Of a stretch of 64,000 bases of DNA, positions 7,895-17,410 are shown one piece after another (within the stretch, counting starts at the first letter, position 1; the number at the start of each line of letters is the position of its first letter). The translations under genes and the position numbers were made by a program. The stretch lies in the IMG/VR virus record IMGVR_UViG_3300010369_000001. The stretch is one strand, 5' to 3'. Source of the DNA: a virus (Duplodnaviria; Heunggongvirae; Uroviricota; Caudoviricetes). A model generated the notes under the pieces. It was not told the origin of the DNA, did no database searches, and saw only the letters and a program-made list of their open reading frames with translations.

Positions 7895-8893
7895 TTAAGT
7901 TACATCTTTTACTCTTTGCGTATTATTTACCAGAAGTCTCGAGGTCGTACAGCCGGCCGCTCCAACGTGACCTCCACCGTTCTTACCGATTTTAGAGCCA
8001 TCAGCTGCCTTCTCGCTCCCCCAGAACTTACAAAATTCAGCACAATCATAGTGTCCGTTTGAATATAAGCTGTAATTGTAGTCCTCTCCGTCCCAGAAAT
8101 ATAAGACGCATACAACAGCTTCTTTATAGTATCTCCCAAAAATATCGGAATTAAATCCGAAAGTATTGATAGCATAGCACCAAGTCCCATCAGGTAGCTG
8201 CGCTCTCATTAGTCCACGCTTTCTGCGACCCCAGTGCTTAGCTTTCTCTTTACGCCATAACTCCTTACCGCGAGCTAGGTATCCTTCGAGCAATTCATCA
8301 TTACCTAGTATTGCCGCCATAAAATTAGCGTCATCTATTGGGTAGCTCATTTCATACGCTGTACAATTTAAGTGCCGTGAATCCTCATCACTATGAACCC
8401 AACGATCATAGTCATCAGTAAGCATGATACCCCGAGGAGCTGGGCCGCCCATTAGCTCATCCCAGGTAATTAGGGCACCGCAACGGCCGCCAGAAATAAC
8501 TACATAGTCATCCTGAAGCCAGGGCAGATTGAGCTTGATTACATCCTCAGAAACAATGTGGTGATCGAACCAAATCAAACCACCTGGCTCAATTGCGTCA
8601 TGAACATATTGAAGAATGTCTACGGTCTCTTCTGTAAAAGAATGATCAAGAATAAATCCAAGATCAAATTTCCCAGGAGGCAGCTTGGTTTCAGCTGGCG
8701 TTTTGGGGTAGTTCATTAAAACTACAGTAATATTCAGCGTGAGCTGACTAAAATGTTCTGTTAAAGCTTTATGGCACGCAAAGAGACTAGCTTCTCCATC
8801 TAGGTCGGTATGTGTGCAAATTAAGACATTAATAGATTGTCGTCCTTGGAATTTCTTGACAAATTTAGATAAGATATTTGTTTTTGGTTTCAT
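7895..8893 (-). CDS. DHH-family phosphoesterase (DHH + DHHA1)
   Basis: HTDLDG, ILDH, FDHH, GGGHVGAAG motifs. Confidence 0.9.
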   Translation of the reverse strand: MKPKTNILSKFVKKFQGRQSINVLICTHTDLDGEASLFACHKALTEHFSQLTLNITVVLMNYPKTPAETKLPPGKFDLGFILDHSFTEETVDILQYVHDAIEPGGLIWFDHHIVSEDVIKLNLPWLQDDYVVISGGRCGALITWDELMGGPAPRGIMLTDDYDRWVHSDEDSRHLNCTAYEMSYPIDDANFMAAILGNDELLEGYLARGKELWRKEKAKHWGRRKRGLMRAQLPDGTWCYAINTFGFNSDIFGRYYKEAVVCVLYFWDGEDYNYSLYSNGHYDCAEFCKFWGSEKAADGSKIGKNGGGHVGAAGCTTSRLLVNNTQRVKDVT

Positions 8894-9156
8894 CTAGTTA
8901 AATTTAATAAGATTACATGTATATATACCACAATAGAAAAGCACTTTCTATTGAAAACTAAAAAAAGAGAGTCAGTACCAGTAAAGTTTACTTTGCTAGC
9001 TATATACTGCTCTCTCCCAGCAACCCTTAACCGGTACACGAAGGTATCGCTGTGATTACGCAAATAATCATCATTGCCATAGCTGTGATAATTATTGTGG
9101 TTCCGATTAAACCGATCCATTTTGTAATAGTGTCTTCCATGACAAGCTCCTTTCAT
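8890..9156 (-). CDS. Hypothetical protein
   Basis: 88 aa, ATGA-coupled on both sides. Confidence 0.45.
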   Translation of the reverse strand: MKGACHGRHYYKMDRFNRNHNNYHSYGNDDYLRNHSDTFVYRLRVAGREQYIASKVNFTGTDSLFLVFNRKCFSIVVYIHVILLNLTR

Positions 9157-9341
9157 TTGGTTATGGATGCGCTTATTCGCGCAATCCCGTGATTGGCGTG
9201 AATCTGCGGAGAAGAATACTCCACGGATATTGTTTGCTTAATACCAGAAGAACAGCATCCGGTAAATAAGGCGATACACCACAAAAGTGCAACAACTGCA
9301 CATAATGTGATAAACATACTGCTTGAAGGTCTCATTTTCAA
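9153..9341 (-). CDS. Small putative lipoprotein
   Basis: Basic N-terminus, hydrophobic stretch, lipobox-like LFTGC. Confidence 0.55.
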   Translation of the reverse strand: MKMRPSSSMFITLCAVVALLWCIALFTGCCSSGIKQTISVEYSSPQIHANHGIARISASITK

Positions 9342-9346
9342 TCCTT

Positions 9347-9377
9347 GTTAAAGTGATTATCTTCAAGATTAACTACC
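9347..9377 (-). promoter_or_regulatory. Class-1 phage promoter-like motif
   Basis: Minus: GGTAGTTAATCTTGA AGATAATCACT TTAAC. Confidence 0.55.
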
Positions 9378-9401
9378 AAGATAGTGGCTAATTTTAAAGG
9401 T

Positions 9402-9424
9402 AAAAAAAGGGCGCTAATGCGCCC
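9402..9424 (-). terminator. Intrinsic terminator
   Basis: GGGCGC-ATTA-GCGCCC plus U7. Confidence 0.85.
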
Positions 9425-9441
9425 GCGCCAAAGGCGCTGAA

Positions 9442-10308
9442 TCATCTTTTGTATCGACGCATTAGCGTTTCAACTTCTTCACGAAATGTTACCCCGCCTA
9501 GCGCTACTTCTTTATTTTCCCATTTTTCATATTCTTTTCTAAATGGGCCAAAAGTTAGCTGAGCTACCTTGCTGTCCGACACTAATAATTGCTCATTCAT
9601 CCTGTTTAAGAATTTTAAAGCAGCTTTAGGGTCGTCCTTTAGGGCAATTAAGCGATCATCAATGAAAGCTTCGACGTGAGAACGTCTAAGCCTAGCAACA
9701 TCGCGGCGAATTTTAGCCGCTATAAGGCTCGATGAGCTTTCAACTTCAATGTTCACGGGTACGGTGCAAGCTTTGTCTAGATTACACTCGTGGCACACGA
9801 GCTGCTCATTATACGGAGAATCTTCTCCCTTATTTGCATGAGGGTTGTTATGATCTAAAGAAAACCTTCGATCTTCTTCAGCATAAACTCCAATTCCATA
9901 TTTAACGTGCAACACTTCGCCGCCAGGATCTAATGACACTTGTTTTTCTAACCAGTAAGATTTAACCTTTCTTTTACAAAGGGGGCACCTCTTAATACCT
10001 TTGAGCACAAGTTGACGATACATTGCTTTATAGTAGTTTAATAAGCAATTAATCCGTTTATCGTCGATAACAAAAGAAAACTGAGTTCGTGATACTTTGT
10101 CACTGTAACTAGGCAATAATTCAGCTTGCAATTCAGGCGGGTATTGCTTTTTTATCGCCTGGAATTCTTCTTCGCCATAGCAGTAAATGACATTAATATG
10201 CTTACGAACTTTGCTAGTAAACTTCATTAGTTCTATTGTGGTTAGCTCGCGGAGCTTAACAACTTCTCTAATTACGTTCTTTCTAGCTTTCTTCCCTTTC
10301 CTTCCCAT
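9442..10308 (-). CDS. HNH endonuclease domain protein with helical C-terminal extension
   Basis: CPLC ... SLDHNNPHANKG ... LVCHECNLDK. Confidence 0.75.
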   Translation of the reverse strand: MGRKGKKARKNVIREVVKLRELTTIELMKFTSKVRKHINVIYCYGEEEFQAIKKQYPPELQAELLPSYSDKVSRTQFSFVIDDKRINCLLNYYKAMYRQLVLKGIKRCPLCKRKVKSYWLEKQVSLDPGGEVLHVKYGIGVYAEEDRRFSLDHNNPHANKGEDSPYNEQLVCHECNLDKACTVPVNIEVESSSSLIAAKIRRDVARLRRSHVEAFIDDRLIALKDDPKAALKFLNRMNEQLLVSDSKVAQLTFGPFRKEYEKWENKEVALGGVTFREEVETLMRRYKR

Positions 10309-10329
10309 AATAACCTCCTTTCTATCTGG

Positions 10330-10364
10330 TGTAATAACATCGCGTTATTACAATTTTATGTACC
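10330..10364 (-). promoter_or_regulatory. Class-1 promoter-like motif overlapping a 9-bp inverted repeat (operator-like)
   Basis: Minus GGTACATAAAATTGT; tgtaataac-atcgc-gttattaca at 10330-10352. Confidence 0.55.
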
Positions 10365-10366
10365 AT

Positions 10367-10396
10367 AAAAAAAGGAGGATATGATAATATATCCTC
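10367..10396 (-). terminator. Intrinsic terminator
   Basis: GAGGATAT / ATATCCTC hairpin plus U7. Confidence 0.8.
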
Positions 10397-10404
10397 ACGG
10401 GTAA

Positions 10405-11265
10405 TTAAGACATAAGAACCTTTAATTGACGCTCAACCTCAGTTAAACGCCTATCAAAATCTTCTGATGATGACTGAAGAACTGTTTCAACCATGGCTTT
10501 CTGTTGTAACGTTTTCTCCCATTTATTAAAGAAATTGGCGCCAACTGCACCCATTTCTTTAAACGCAGCTTTTAATGCTGCTCGACGACCGCCATCATGG
10601 ATTAACATTGCCTCTAACTGCTCTTCAGCTAAGGAAACACGCCGCTTAACTACAGCAATCAAGGATAAGATCTCATCCCTGGATTCTTGAAGTTTAAGTT
10701 CTTTTTTGAGTAAGAGAGCCGCTTCTCGTTCCTTTTCCTGGCGTATTTGTTCAGCCCTTATGGCCTGAAGTAAGTCATCACTCGATTTAACCGAAGCATC
10801 AATGACAAGCGCTCCCTTTGCCTGATTGCATGTTGCGCACATCGGCTGGTAATTGCTCATTTCATTTAGGCCGCCTGCTGCCTTAGGACGTATATGATCC
10901 TTTGTCAACAAAACTTCGTCTGTGCCTACAACAGCATAGACATTAACGGACAACTTATCCATATCCGCCACGCTAAGAGGTCGCTCAATTGCCCAAAGCG
11001 ATCCTTCGACCCCACAAGCTACACAACGAGCACCGTCTCGCAGAAATACACGATGTCTGTCGGATAAGCACACAATAGAATGCCCTTCGATCTTACAGGT
11101 GTATCGTCCTGGATCCACGTCTTTGTAGTGTATCAGCGATAAGCCCTGCTTCTCAATAATCCCCTTTGAGCGACGGGTTATCTGAATATTGTCTAGGTAG
11201 CACTGCCGTAACCAACGCTTCTGCTCGTCAGTTAGAATGTGCAGCCTTTTCACTCCTTCTATCAT
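10405..11265 (-). CDS. HNH endonuclease with C-terminal coiled coil
   Basis: CVACG ... TKDHIRPKAAGG ... NYQPMCATCNQAKG. Confidence 0.85.
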   Translation of the reverse strand: MIEGVKRLHILTDEQKRWLRQCYLDNIQITRRSKGIIEKQGLSLIHYKDVDPGRYTCKIEGHSIVCLSDRHRVFLRDGARCVACGVEGSLWAIERPLSVADMDKLSVNVYAVVGTDEVLLTKDHIRPKAAGGLNEMSNYQPMCATCNQAKGALVIDASVKSSDDLLQAIRAEQIRQEKEREAALLLKKELKLQESRDEILSLIAVVKRRVSLAEEQLEAMLIHDGGRRAALKAAFKEMGAVGANFFNKWEKTLQQKAMVETVLQSSSEDFDRRLTEVERQLKVLMS

Positions 11266-11320
11266 AACACTCCTTTCAAGCTACGACTCCTTCGTAGTAG
11301 GATAGTAACCTCATGTCACT

Positions 11321-11335
11321 ACACGGTTATATGCC
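11321..11335 (-). promoter_or_regulatory. Class-1 phage promoter-like motif
   Basis: Minus: GGCATATAACCGTGT upstream of HNH gene. Confidence 0.4.
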
Positions 11336-11352
11336 AGTTAACCTATAACTAT

Positions 11353-14300
11353 TTAACCGTCATGCGCGAACCAATTGGCATCTTCTTCATTTATAAAAGG
11401 ACTTATTGGCGGCCTGTGCGGCGCGTCATTTGGAAGATTAGGCAATACTGATTTAATAATCGGATTTGGCTGCCCTGGCTTTTGCTTAGTAAAATCAGTA
11501 CGCCCAACAACAGCTGGATAAAATGAAGGCCCAAACGGATCAGCTGTCAGTCCCTTCTGTGTAGCCTCTAAAATAGACTGCTTTTGATATGATCCGCCCA
11601 TTCGAGTTAACCAATCATTACTATATCTAGTATTGGCCATAGCTCGTACCATATTAGATTGAAATTTAGCTGGATTAGGATTTGCTGTAATTTTATCTAT
11701 TCCATATTTCTTTAGGTTAGCTAACACGCTGGGCCGTAGCTTAGTTCCAATCGTATAATGCAATACAGGTTCTTCTAAATATTGATTTGCAAAGTATTCA
11801 GGGCGACCAATTTGGGAATCTTCACGAGGCTCATAGTCAGCTTCATACTGGGAATATGATACTGTCTCATCTGGCAAATAATTACCGTGTTCTTCACTAA
11901 TTCTTACATGGTCTATCAATCCTTTAGCTAGCAACTCAATATTCCGTTTATTAGCTCGTGTGCCAGCTGCTCCTAAGGTATCACTAAATGCCTGTACAAA
12001 ATACCTTCGCCCTTCTCCAATGCCTTTATGGTGCACGACTTCAGCCGGATTTGGCAGCCCGTCAGAAAGAGTGTCGCCGGCTTCAATAACATCACCAACT
12101 TTTACCGTTGGCTTATTTGTATGCGGGATAATATGTTGCTGATTATTTATCGTAACTATTTGATTACCTAGCTCATCTGGCTCTATTTTTGTGACTTTCC
12201 CATCCTCTTGTGAATGAATAGCTCCCTCATAGACCGACGGAACTTGTAGCATCTGATTTAAACTTTTAAACCCTGATACCGCCTTAGCTGTCCCGCCCGC
12301 CACGCCGCCAGAATTATGTGTTATTAGGCCGTTGGCCAGTAGGTAGAGATGAGTTCGATTTGCAATCTCTAAATCATATACTTGTTGTACGCCTATGCCT
12401 TTTGAACTAATTAACGTATATTTTTTATCTTTTTCCTGTGTTTTTAAACTGATGTTATCTAAATTATTTTTTAATTTAGATCGTTTTACACCGTATAAAG
12501 GTATTTCCGTATAAAACAATTTAATATCTTTTCGTCTTAAAATATTAAAAGAATAAAGTGTTCGTTTTCGTCCCGAAGTTGTTTTATAAACTCTGGTGCT
12601 ATGAATCCCAAAACGCACCTCTAATAAATTACGTAATTCACGTACCATTTGCTCAGAAGTAGAGCCAAAGCTCAGCGCTAGCGTGTTTTTCTTAGTCACG
12701 TATATACTGCCATCCGTTATCCACAACCCTCCAATTAATGCAGCTATGGACGTTTTATCCCAGGCTTTAACTACCTCAGGAATAAATTTTTGGTGAGATT
12801 TAGCCCCGTATAAATTCAACTCTTTTAACCATTGCTTCAATGGATTGCGCTCAGATGAAGTCACTCGACCTAAGTTATCGCGTGCAGTTATTTTATTTTT
12901 TAAGCGAGAAATACGATAGTAGCCGTAATGATCTGTTAATTCAGTTATTTTTAAGTTAAACAAATACATGTATGCCTGTAATTGCGGCACTAAAGTATCG
13001 TCATGGCATGACAAGAATACGCCATTAACACTTTTAACAAAACAACCATCACCTAATAAAAGACCTAGTAATAATGCTCTAGACTCCCTGATTCCTTCAA
13101 AATCATAAGTACTTCTTACAGATAGCGCATCATAACTATCACAATTTAGGCCTATTCGTAATGATTTATTTTTTGTATAATTTTTATTGGTTTTTTTCGA
13201 AAATCTTGAAATGGTTGCAAAAAATCGATGCTGATCAGTACACGTAACTGTTATATATTCTTCTGTTTTTCCTATTTGAAAAGTATATTCACTACACTCT
13301 TGCAAACCATTATTAAATATATTACTAACCTGCGCTGGTTTAGCCACTTGATCTTTATCTACGCCTAATACATAATCCCCTATTTTAATTTCTTCGATTT
13401 TTTTAGTGGAAAAATCTGCCATACGAATCAGTGTACCTTCGGCTAAGCAGTGCTTCGAGCTCAAGGAGCCCTGTGTAATTTGCTCAGAAATGGCTTGACC
13501 GGCAGTGATACTAGGATTTTCCCCTGACACACTTAATCTATTTTTAGCTGTCTGGCCTACATCATAAGCGTATAAACTACCATCGCCGGGCCCGCCCACT
13601 ATTGGCGATCTAACAAGAATATCATTTATTTTCTTGTTTTGTAAATCTTTAAGAACTGCATCCGTGATTAATGTATTTCTTTTGTAACCCCCAATGGGGC
13701 TGGCTAAATATCTACCAACGTTACCATTATCATCTGCCGTGGCTGGCAGGCCAGTATTAGGTTTAAATCCTCCGGCCGTTGCATCTTGTGCAGAAATAAC
13801 CCCTTTATGAGCTACCTGGGAAAGCTGTTTCGCCAAAAATCCAGCATCGGCGACTTGGAGCTTCGTATCGACTACTCCTTTTCTAGCCCCAAAACTGCCC
13901 GCCCAATATTCAAATAGATTTAATCCTTCACCGTAATTATGCATTACTGGATACGGAATTGGATTATCGCTCGAGCCTGTATATAATCCATCAAACCCTA
14001 CTCCGGCAGAAACAGCGAATGGATTTCCTTTAGCGCCACTAGCCCGTAATAAAGCGAGCGGTGATTCATCCGCCTCTAATGTTTCAATAAGCTCTTTACG
14101 TAAAGCTTCTCCGCCCTCCAACATTGTCTGATTAACTAACTCGTCTTTTTGCCGTGAAGTTAAATTATCGTTCTCATAAATCTTCTTCAGCTTAGCATTA
14201 ATTCTTTCCCTGTGCTTTTTTGTTACCTCTGGCGTAGTAACTAAATCCGAAGCTAAACTATAGCCTCCTGACCGTTGCGCAAAGGTAGCGCCCAAACGAC

Positions 14301-14454
14301 CTAGCTTACCAACTATCTCGGAATATTTCTCTGGATTTTTAGTTGCAATATCTTTAAGAAGTTTTTGCATGCCTTTTTTATCCAAGACACGGGTATTGTC
14401 ACGGTATTCTGGCGGCAAAATTTCATTGATTAATAATTGTCCTGCTGTTGCCAT
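11353..14454 (-). CDS. rpoC: Phage multi-subunit RNA polymerase, beta' C-terminal half (bridge helix and trigger loop), intein-containing
   Basis: SGAKGN, EGLNLFEYWAGSFGARKGVVDTKLQVADAGFLAKQL (bridge helix), AGQAISEQITQGSLSSKH|SGG (trigger loop), GDTLSDG, NIELLAKG, RMGGSYQKQSILEATQKG. Confidence 0.9.
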   Translation of the reverse strand: MATAGQLLINEILPPEYRDNTRVLDKKGMQKLLKDIATKNPEKYSEIVGKLGRLGATFAQRSGGYSLASDLVTTPEVTKKHRERINAKLKKIYENDNLTSRQKDELVNQTMLEGGEALRKELIETLEADESPLALLRASGAKGNPFAVSAGVGFDGLYTGSSDNPIPYPVMHNYGEGLNLFEYWAGSFGARKGVVDTKLQVADAGFLAKQLSQVAHKGVISAQDATAGGFKPNTGLPATADDNGNVGRYLASPIGGYKRNTLITDAVLKDLQNKKINDILVRSPIVGGPGDGSLYAYDVGQTAKNRLSVSGENPSITAGQAISEQITQGSLSSKHCLAEGTLIRMADFSTKKIEEIKIGDYVLGVDKDQVAKPAQVSNIFNNGLQECSEYTFQIGKTEEYITVTCTDQHRFFATISRFSKKTNKNYTKNKSLRIGLNCDSYDALSVRSTYDFEGIRESRALLLGLLLGDGCFVKSVNGVFLSCHDDTLVPQLQAYMYLFNLKITELTDHYGYYRISRLKNKITARDNLGRVTSSERNPLKQWLKELNLYGAKSHQKFIPEVVKAWDKTSIAALIGGLWITDGSIYVTKKNTLALSFGSTSEQMVRELRNLLEVRFGIHSTRVYKTTSGRKRTLYSFNILRRKDIKLFYTEIPLYGVKRSKLKNNLDNISLKTQEKDKKYTLISSKGIGVQQVYDLEIANRTHLYLLANGLITHNSGGVAGGTAKAVSGFKSLNQMLQVPSVYEGAIHSQEDGKVTKIEPDELGNQIVTINNQQHIIPHTNKPTVKVGDVIEAGDTLSDGLPNPAEVVHHKGIGEGRRYFVQAFSDTLGAAGTRANKRNIELLAKGLIDHVRISEEHGNYLPDETVSYSQYEADYEPREDSQIGRPEYFANQYLEEPVLHYTIGTKLRPSVLANLKKYGIDKITANPNPAKFQSNMVRAMANTRYSNDWLTRMGGSYQKQSILEATQKGLTADPFGPSFYPAVVGRTDFTKQKPGQPNPIIKSVLPNLPNDAPHRPPISPFINEEDANWFAHDG
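12313..13449 (-). mobile_element. Intein with LAGLIDADG homing endonuclease (379 aa)
   Basis: Starts CLAEGT (codon at 13449), ends LANGLITHN then Ser+1; LLGLLLGDGCF and LIGGLWITDGSI blocks; visibly more AT-rich than the extein. Confidence 0.93.
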
Positions 14455-14457
14455 AAT

Positions 14458-15678
14458 TTAATTACGGTAAAGGTATATTAATTGTTCAAGTAAATCTTCG
14501 TCTTTTGTCTGATTTGTTAAATAATTTAACGACTCTGCAGACGGTTTCAAGTTTTCATAAGTTAAGGTAGTAGCTCCGGCAGTCGGTGCTGCCATAGTAC
14601 TGTAATCATTAACTGGGCAAGTAACACATAAATTCCATGTCTTTTCGCACATAGTCTGGCCGCCAACTGACCAACGACCTCTTACTTCAAAACATTCTTT
14701 TAACGTATCATAACAACGATAACCATCTGGCGCAAATACCGGAACAAACTGCCCGCCGCCCGTCAAACGCACGGATGAGGGAGAAACCTCCCAGCTGCCA
14801 CAGTCCGTGTACGGCACGATGTTTAAATAAATAAGCCCTAAGTCATAACCTCCATATGCATTGGCCGCACACGGATTATACATGCTGGAAAAATCATAAT
14901 CATCGTATTCATCGCTGGGCGGAATAGGCCCTCCTTGAATTGGCGGGCAACTTGACCACCGCAAATCCGCCTGACACATATCACAAATATCTACGGCTAC
15001 ATTGTGATGTCTTCTTGAGTTTTCTATAATGCTTGTGTCATTACTATAAATGAAAGTTTGATTTCTAAAGTTATTTGAAATTTCACTAGCTAAATAGTGC
15101 CTTAATGGCATCTCAAACGTAAATCCGCCTTCACGTATTTGTGTAACTTTATTATTAGGTACGTCGATGATATACCTAATAATTTTTTGAGCTAACACGC
15201 TGCCATCTCGCCTATGTGCGGTTAAGGTAAAATCTTGTATTTTTGCCGGCCCTTGAATAGGTATTTTTACGCTAGGCGGAGAAATACCATAATAACCGCC
15301 ATTCATCTCACAATTACAAGCGCCTGCTGTATCGGCCACCCTATCCTCCGGCACGGGATAAGCAGTAAGCTCGCAGTCCCCTTGCGGACATTCTAAGAGA
15401 AGGGTAATTGGTGGAATTAAATCATCAACAGGAATACAAGGTATTTCTGCATCAGGTACCAGCGGCATATTAGCTGGTGGAAATTGAAATGTATCCGTAG
15501 GTGCAGGAAATTCACAGCAAGGCACAGGTACCAGCTGCTGCACATAAGGCATTATATTGCCTGACCCATAGCATTCTCGGTCTAAACCATGTGGATTACG
15601 CACCATCCCTGACGAAAGGTAGCTTAAAGCACCGCTCGACAGGCCAGAACTATAATATGCCGCTAATCCACTTGACAT
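14458..15678 (-). CDS. Cys/Pro-rich hypothetical protein, putative virion component
   Basis: 406 aa; N-terminal SSG repeats, many Cys; in coupled run with three paralogous genes. Confidence 0.7.
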   Translation of the reverse strand: MSSGLAAYYSSGLSSGALSYLSSGMVRNPHGLDRECYGSGNIMPYVQQLVPVPCCEFPAPTDTFQFPPANMPLVPDAEIPCIPVDDLIPPITLLLECPQGDCELTAYPVPEDRVADTAGACNCEMNGGYYGISPPSVKIPIQGPAKIQDFTLTAHRRDGSVLAQKIIRYIIDVPNNKVTQIREGGFTFEMPLRHYLASEISNNFRNQTFIYSNDTSIIENSRRHHNVAVDICDMCQADLRWSSCPPIQGGPIPPSDEYDDYDFSSMYNPCAANAYGGYDLGLIYLNIVPYTDCGSWEVSPSSVRLTGGGQFVPVFAPDGYRCYDTLKECFEVRGRWSVGGQTMCEKTWNLCVTCPVNDYSTMAAPTAGATTLTYENLKPSAESLNYLTNQTKDEDLLEQLIYLYRN

Positions 15679-15680
15679 AA

Positions 15681-16622
15681 TTATTCACAAGGAGGAACCG
15701 GAGGAACCGGCGGCTCCTCACATTCGCCGCGTATGTCACCAATACATGTAATTGTTAAAGTTTGTGGCTCACATTGATCAAGAGGCGTTACCTCCGCAAT
15801 AAAATTATTATCATGCGTTAATACAATATGATTACCGTACGCCCCAGCTACGGTTTTTGCAAAAATTTTACCGGCCTCAATGCCGTCAAATCTATTAGAG
15901 TCCGGAGGATTAAACGGTTCAAAATTACCGTCAAAGTAGCCTTTACCTATTGGTGTTTTAACCTGCCCTAAACCGGCCCCAGCTAGCGGCATTAATACTA
16001 TTCTATTTTCTAAAGGTAAAAAAGTTATTAAACAATTGTAACCTTCTTTAAAAATAACGTCCCCTAAAGTTATGGAACCATAAGACCAGAAAGACGGTCG
16101 ATTTTCAGTCGGATCGGGTAAGCACTTATTACTGGGTAAAAACCTATCTTGATTAAGAATCTCAATAGAGTTTATTTTGCGTTTATTTAGTATTTTGACA
16201 CAGCCAATGTATACTGGAATATCCGTAAATTCAGGTGTTTGGCTGCCCTCAATTGGAAGACAACCTAATAATGCTGCGTGGCCTATCGTTATAAACCCGT
16301 ATAAGTCACTACCCGCTACGCTTTTTATTGTTGTAAAGTCAAGAGTATTTTTAGGAATAATAAACTCTAGCGGATGAAACTCCTCTCCTTCAGAAATAAT
16401 GACAGTTACTTTATAGCCGTCACTTACCTGCCTTAACGAAGCCATTACCTCAGCTGGGCTAATGTCATCGTTGCTAGTGTAAAGAACAATACCTAAATCT
16501 ACAATACCTTTTTGCAGTACATTTATTTCAATTTCACTAAAACTCGAGCGGTTTGACTGAACCTGCTCTTCGTCAAAAGGATAAAAACGTAATGTATTTT
16601 GTGAATAAAAACTAGTTTCCAC
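15681..16622 (-). CDS. Hypothetical protein (paralogue family of 16612-19081), putative structural
   Basis: FYSQNTLRFYPF N-terminal motif; LGDVIFKEGYN. Confidence 0.75.
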   Translation of the reverse strand: METSFYSQNTLRFYPFDEEQVQSNRSSFSEIEINVLQKGIVDLGIVLYTSNDDISPAEVMASLRQVSDGYKVTVIISEGEEFHPLEFIIPKNTLDFTTIKSVAGSDLYGFITIGHAALLGCLPIEGSQTPEFTDIPVYIGCVKILNKRKINSIEILNQDRFLPSNKCLPDPTENRPSFWSYGSITLGDVIFKEGYNCLITFLPLENRIVLMPLAGAGLGQVKTPIGKGYFDGNFEPFNPPDSNRFDGIEAGKIFAKTVAGAYGNHIVLTHDNNFIAEVTPLDQCEPQTLTITCIGDIRGECEEPPVPPVPPCE

Positions 16623-17406
16623 GAGCTGCCAATCGTATGTCTAAACTATTTCGTCTGCCTGTAAGACGTAGCGCATCGCCATAAAGTACTAAACTATTTG
16701 TATATATAGGTATATTGCCATTTATGTCCGGTAACAATGTAAATGATTTACTAATTAAATTAGCCGGATCTCGATTATTAATTACAGTTAAGTCGATACT
16801 TGCTACATACCTATTAAAAAACTCTTCTTCAAATACTTCTTGTCGCCAAATTGCATAATAAGGTTCGCCAGTAAAGTGAAAAAAAACTGCATTATCTTTT
16901 CTTTCTAATGTTATTCCCTGTGTACCAACAAATTCAACATCGCCAGTCACTAGCTGCCCATCTACAATAAAGCCCACTAATCTATCTTCGACTATGGGTA
17001 CATGACACGCTACCTCAAACATGGCCGTACCTCGTAATAACGAATAATCACCATCAGGTACAAATAGAATCGATTCTAAGGACTTAACAACCAATAATCC
17101 AGCTCGCCGACCCCATGTATCGATTAGCTCAATCGTCTTTTTTGTGAACTCATTTATATTTTCCGCTTCAATTCTATAGTGCCCTTCAATAAGTTCTTGA
17201 GTGACTATCGTACCTATGTAAATAGTAATTTGTCCGCGTCGCTTTACCAGTCGAGTTATTTCATATCTATTCTGCCCAGTGACATAAATATGCGCATCAG
17301 CAATAAAGTCTGCAGGAAAATATATCGTGTCCGTCAGCTGAAATGAAGACATTTCGCTGAACGGGTAATTAGCTGCCTCATGATAAGGGAATGCTCTTGG
17401 ATACAT
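16612..17406 (-). CDS. Hypothetical protein (paralogue family), putative structural
   Basis: FPYHEAANYPF; VTGDVEFVGTQGI; LLPDINGNI. Confidence 0.75.
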   Translation of the reverse strand: MYPRAFPYHEAANYPFSEMSSFQLTDTIYFPADFIADAHIYVTGQNRYEITRLVKRRGQITIYIGTIVTQELIEGHYRIEAENINEFTKKTIELIDTWGRRAGLLVVKSLESILFVPDGDYSLLRGTAMFEVACHVPIVEDRLVGFIVDGQLVTGDVEFVGTQGITLERKDNAVFFHFTGEPYYAIWRQEVFEEEFFNRYVASIDLTVINNRDPANLISKSFTLLPDINGNIPIYTNSLVLYGDALRLTGRRNSLDIRLAARGN

Positions 17407-17410
17407 TTAA

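Noticed and set aside
7927-8190. Nested minus-strand ORFs (7927-8190, 47909-48100, 49007-49195)
   Set aside because: Fully inside longer genes in another frame, with no motifs or initiation signals.
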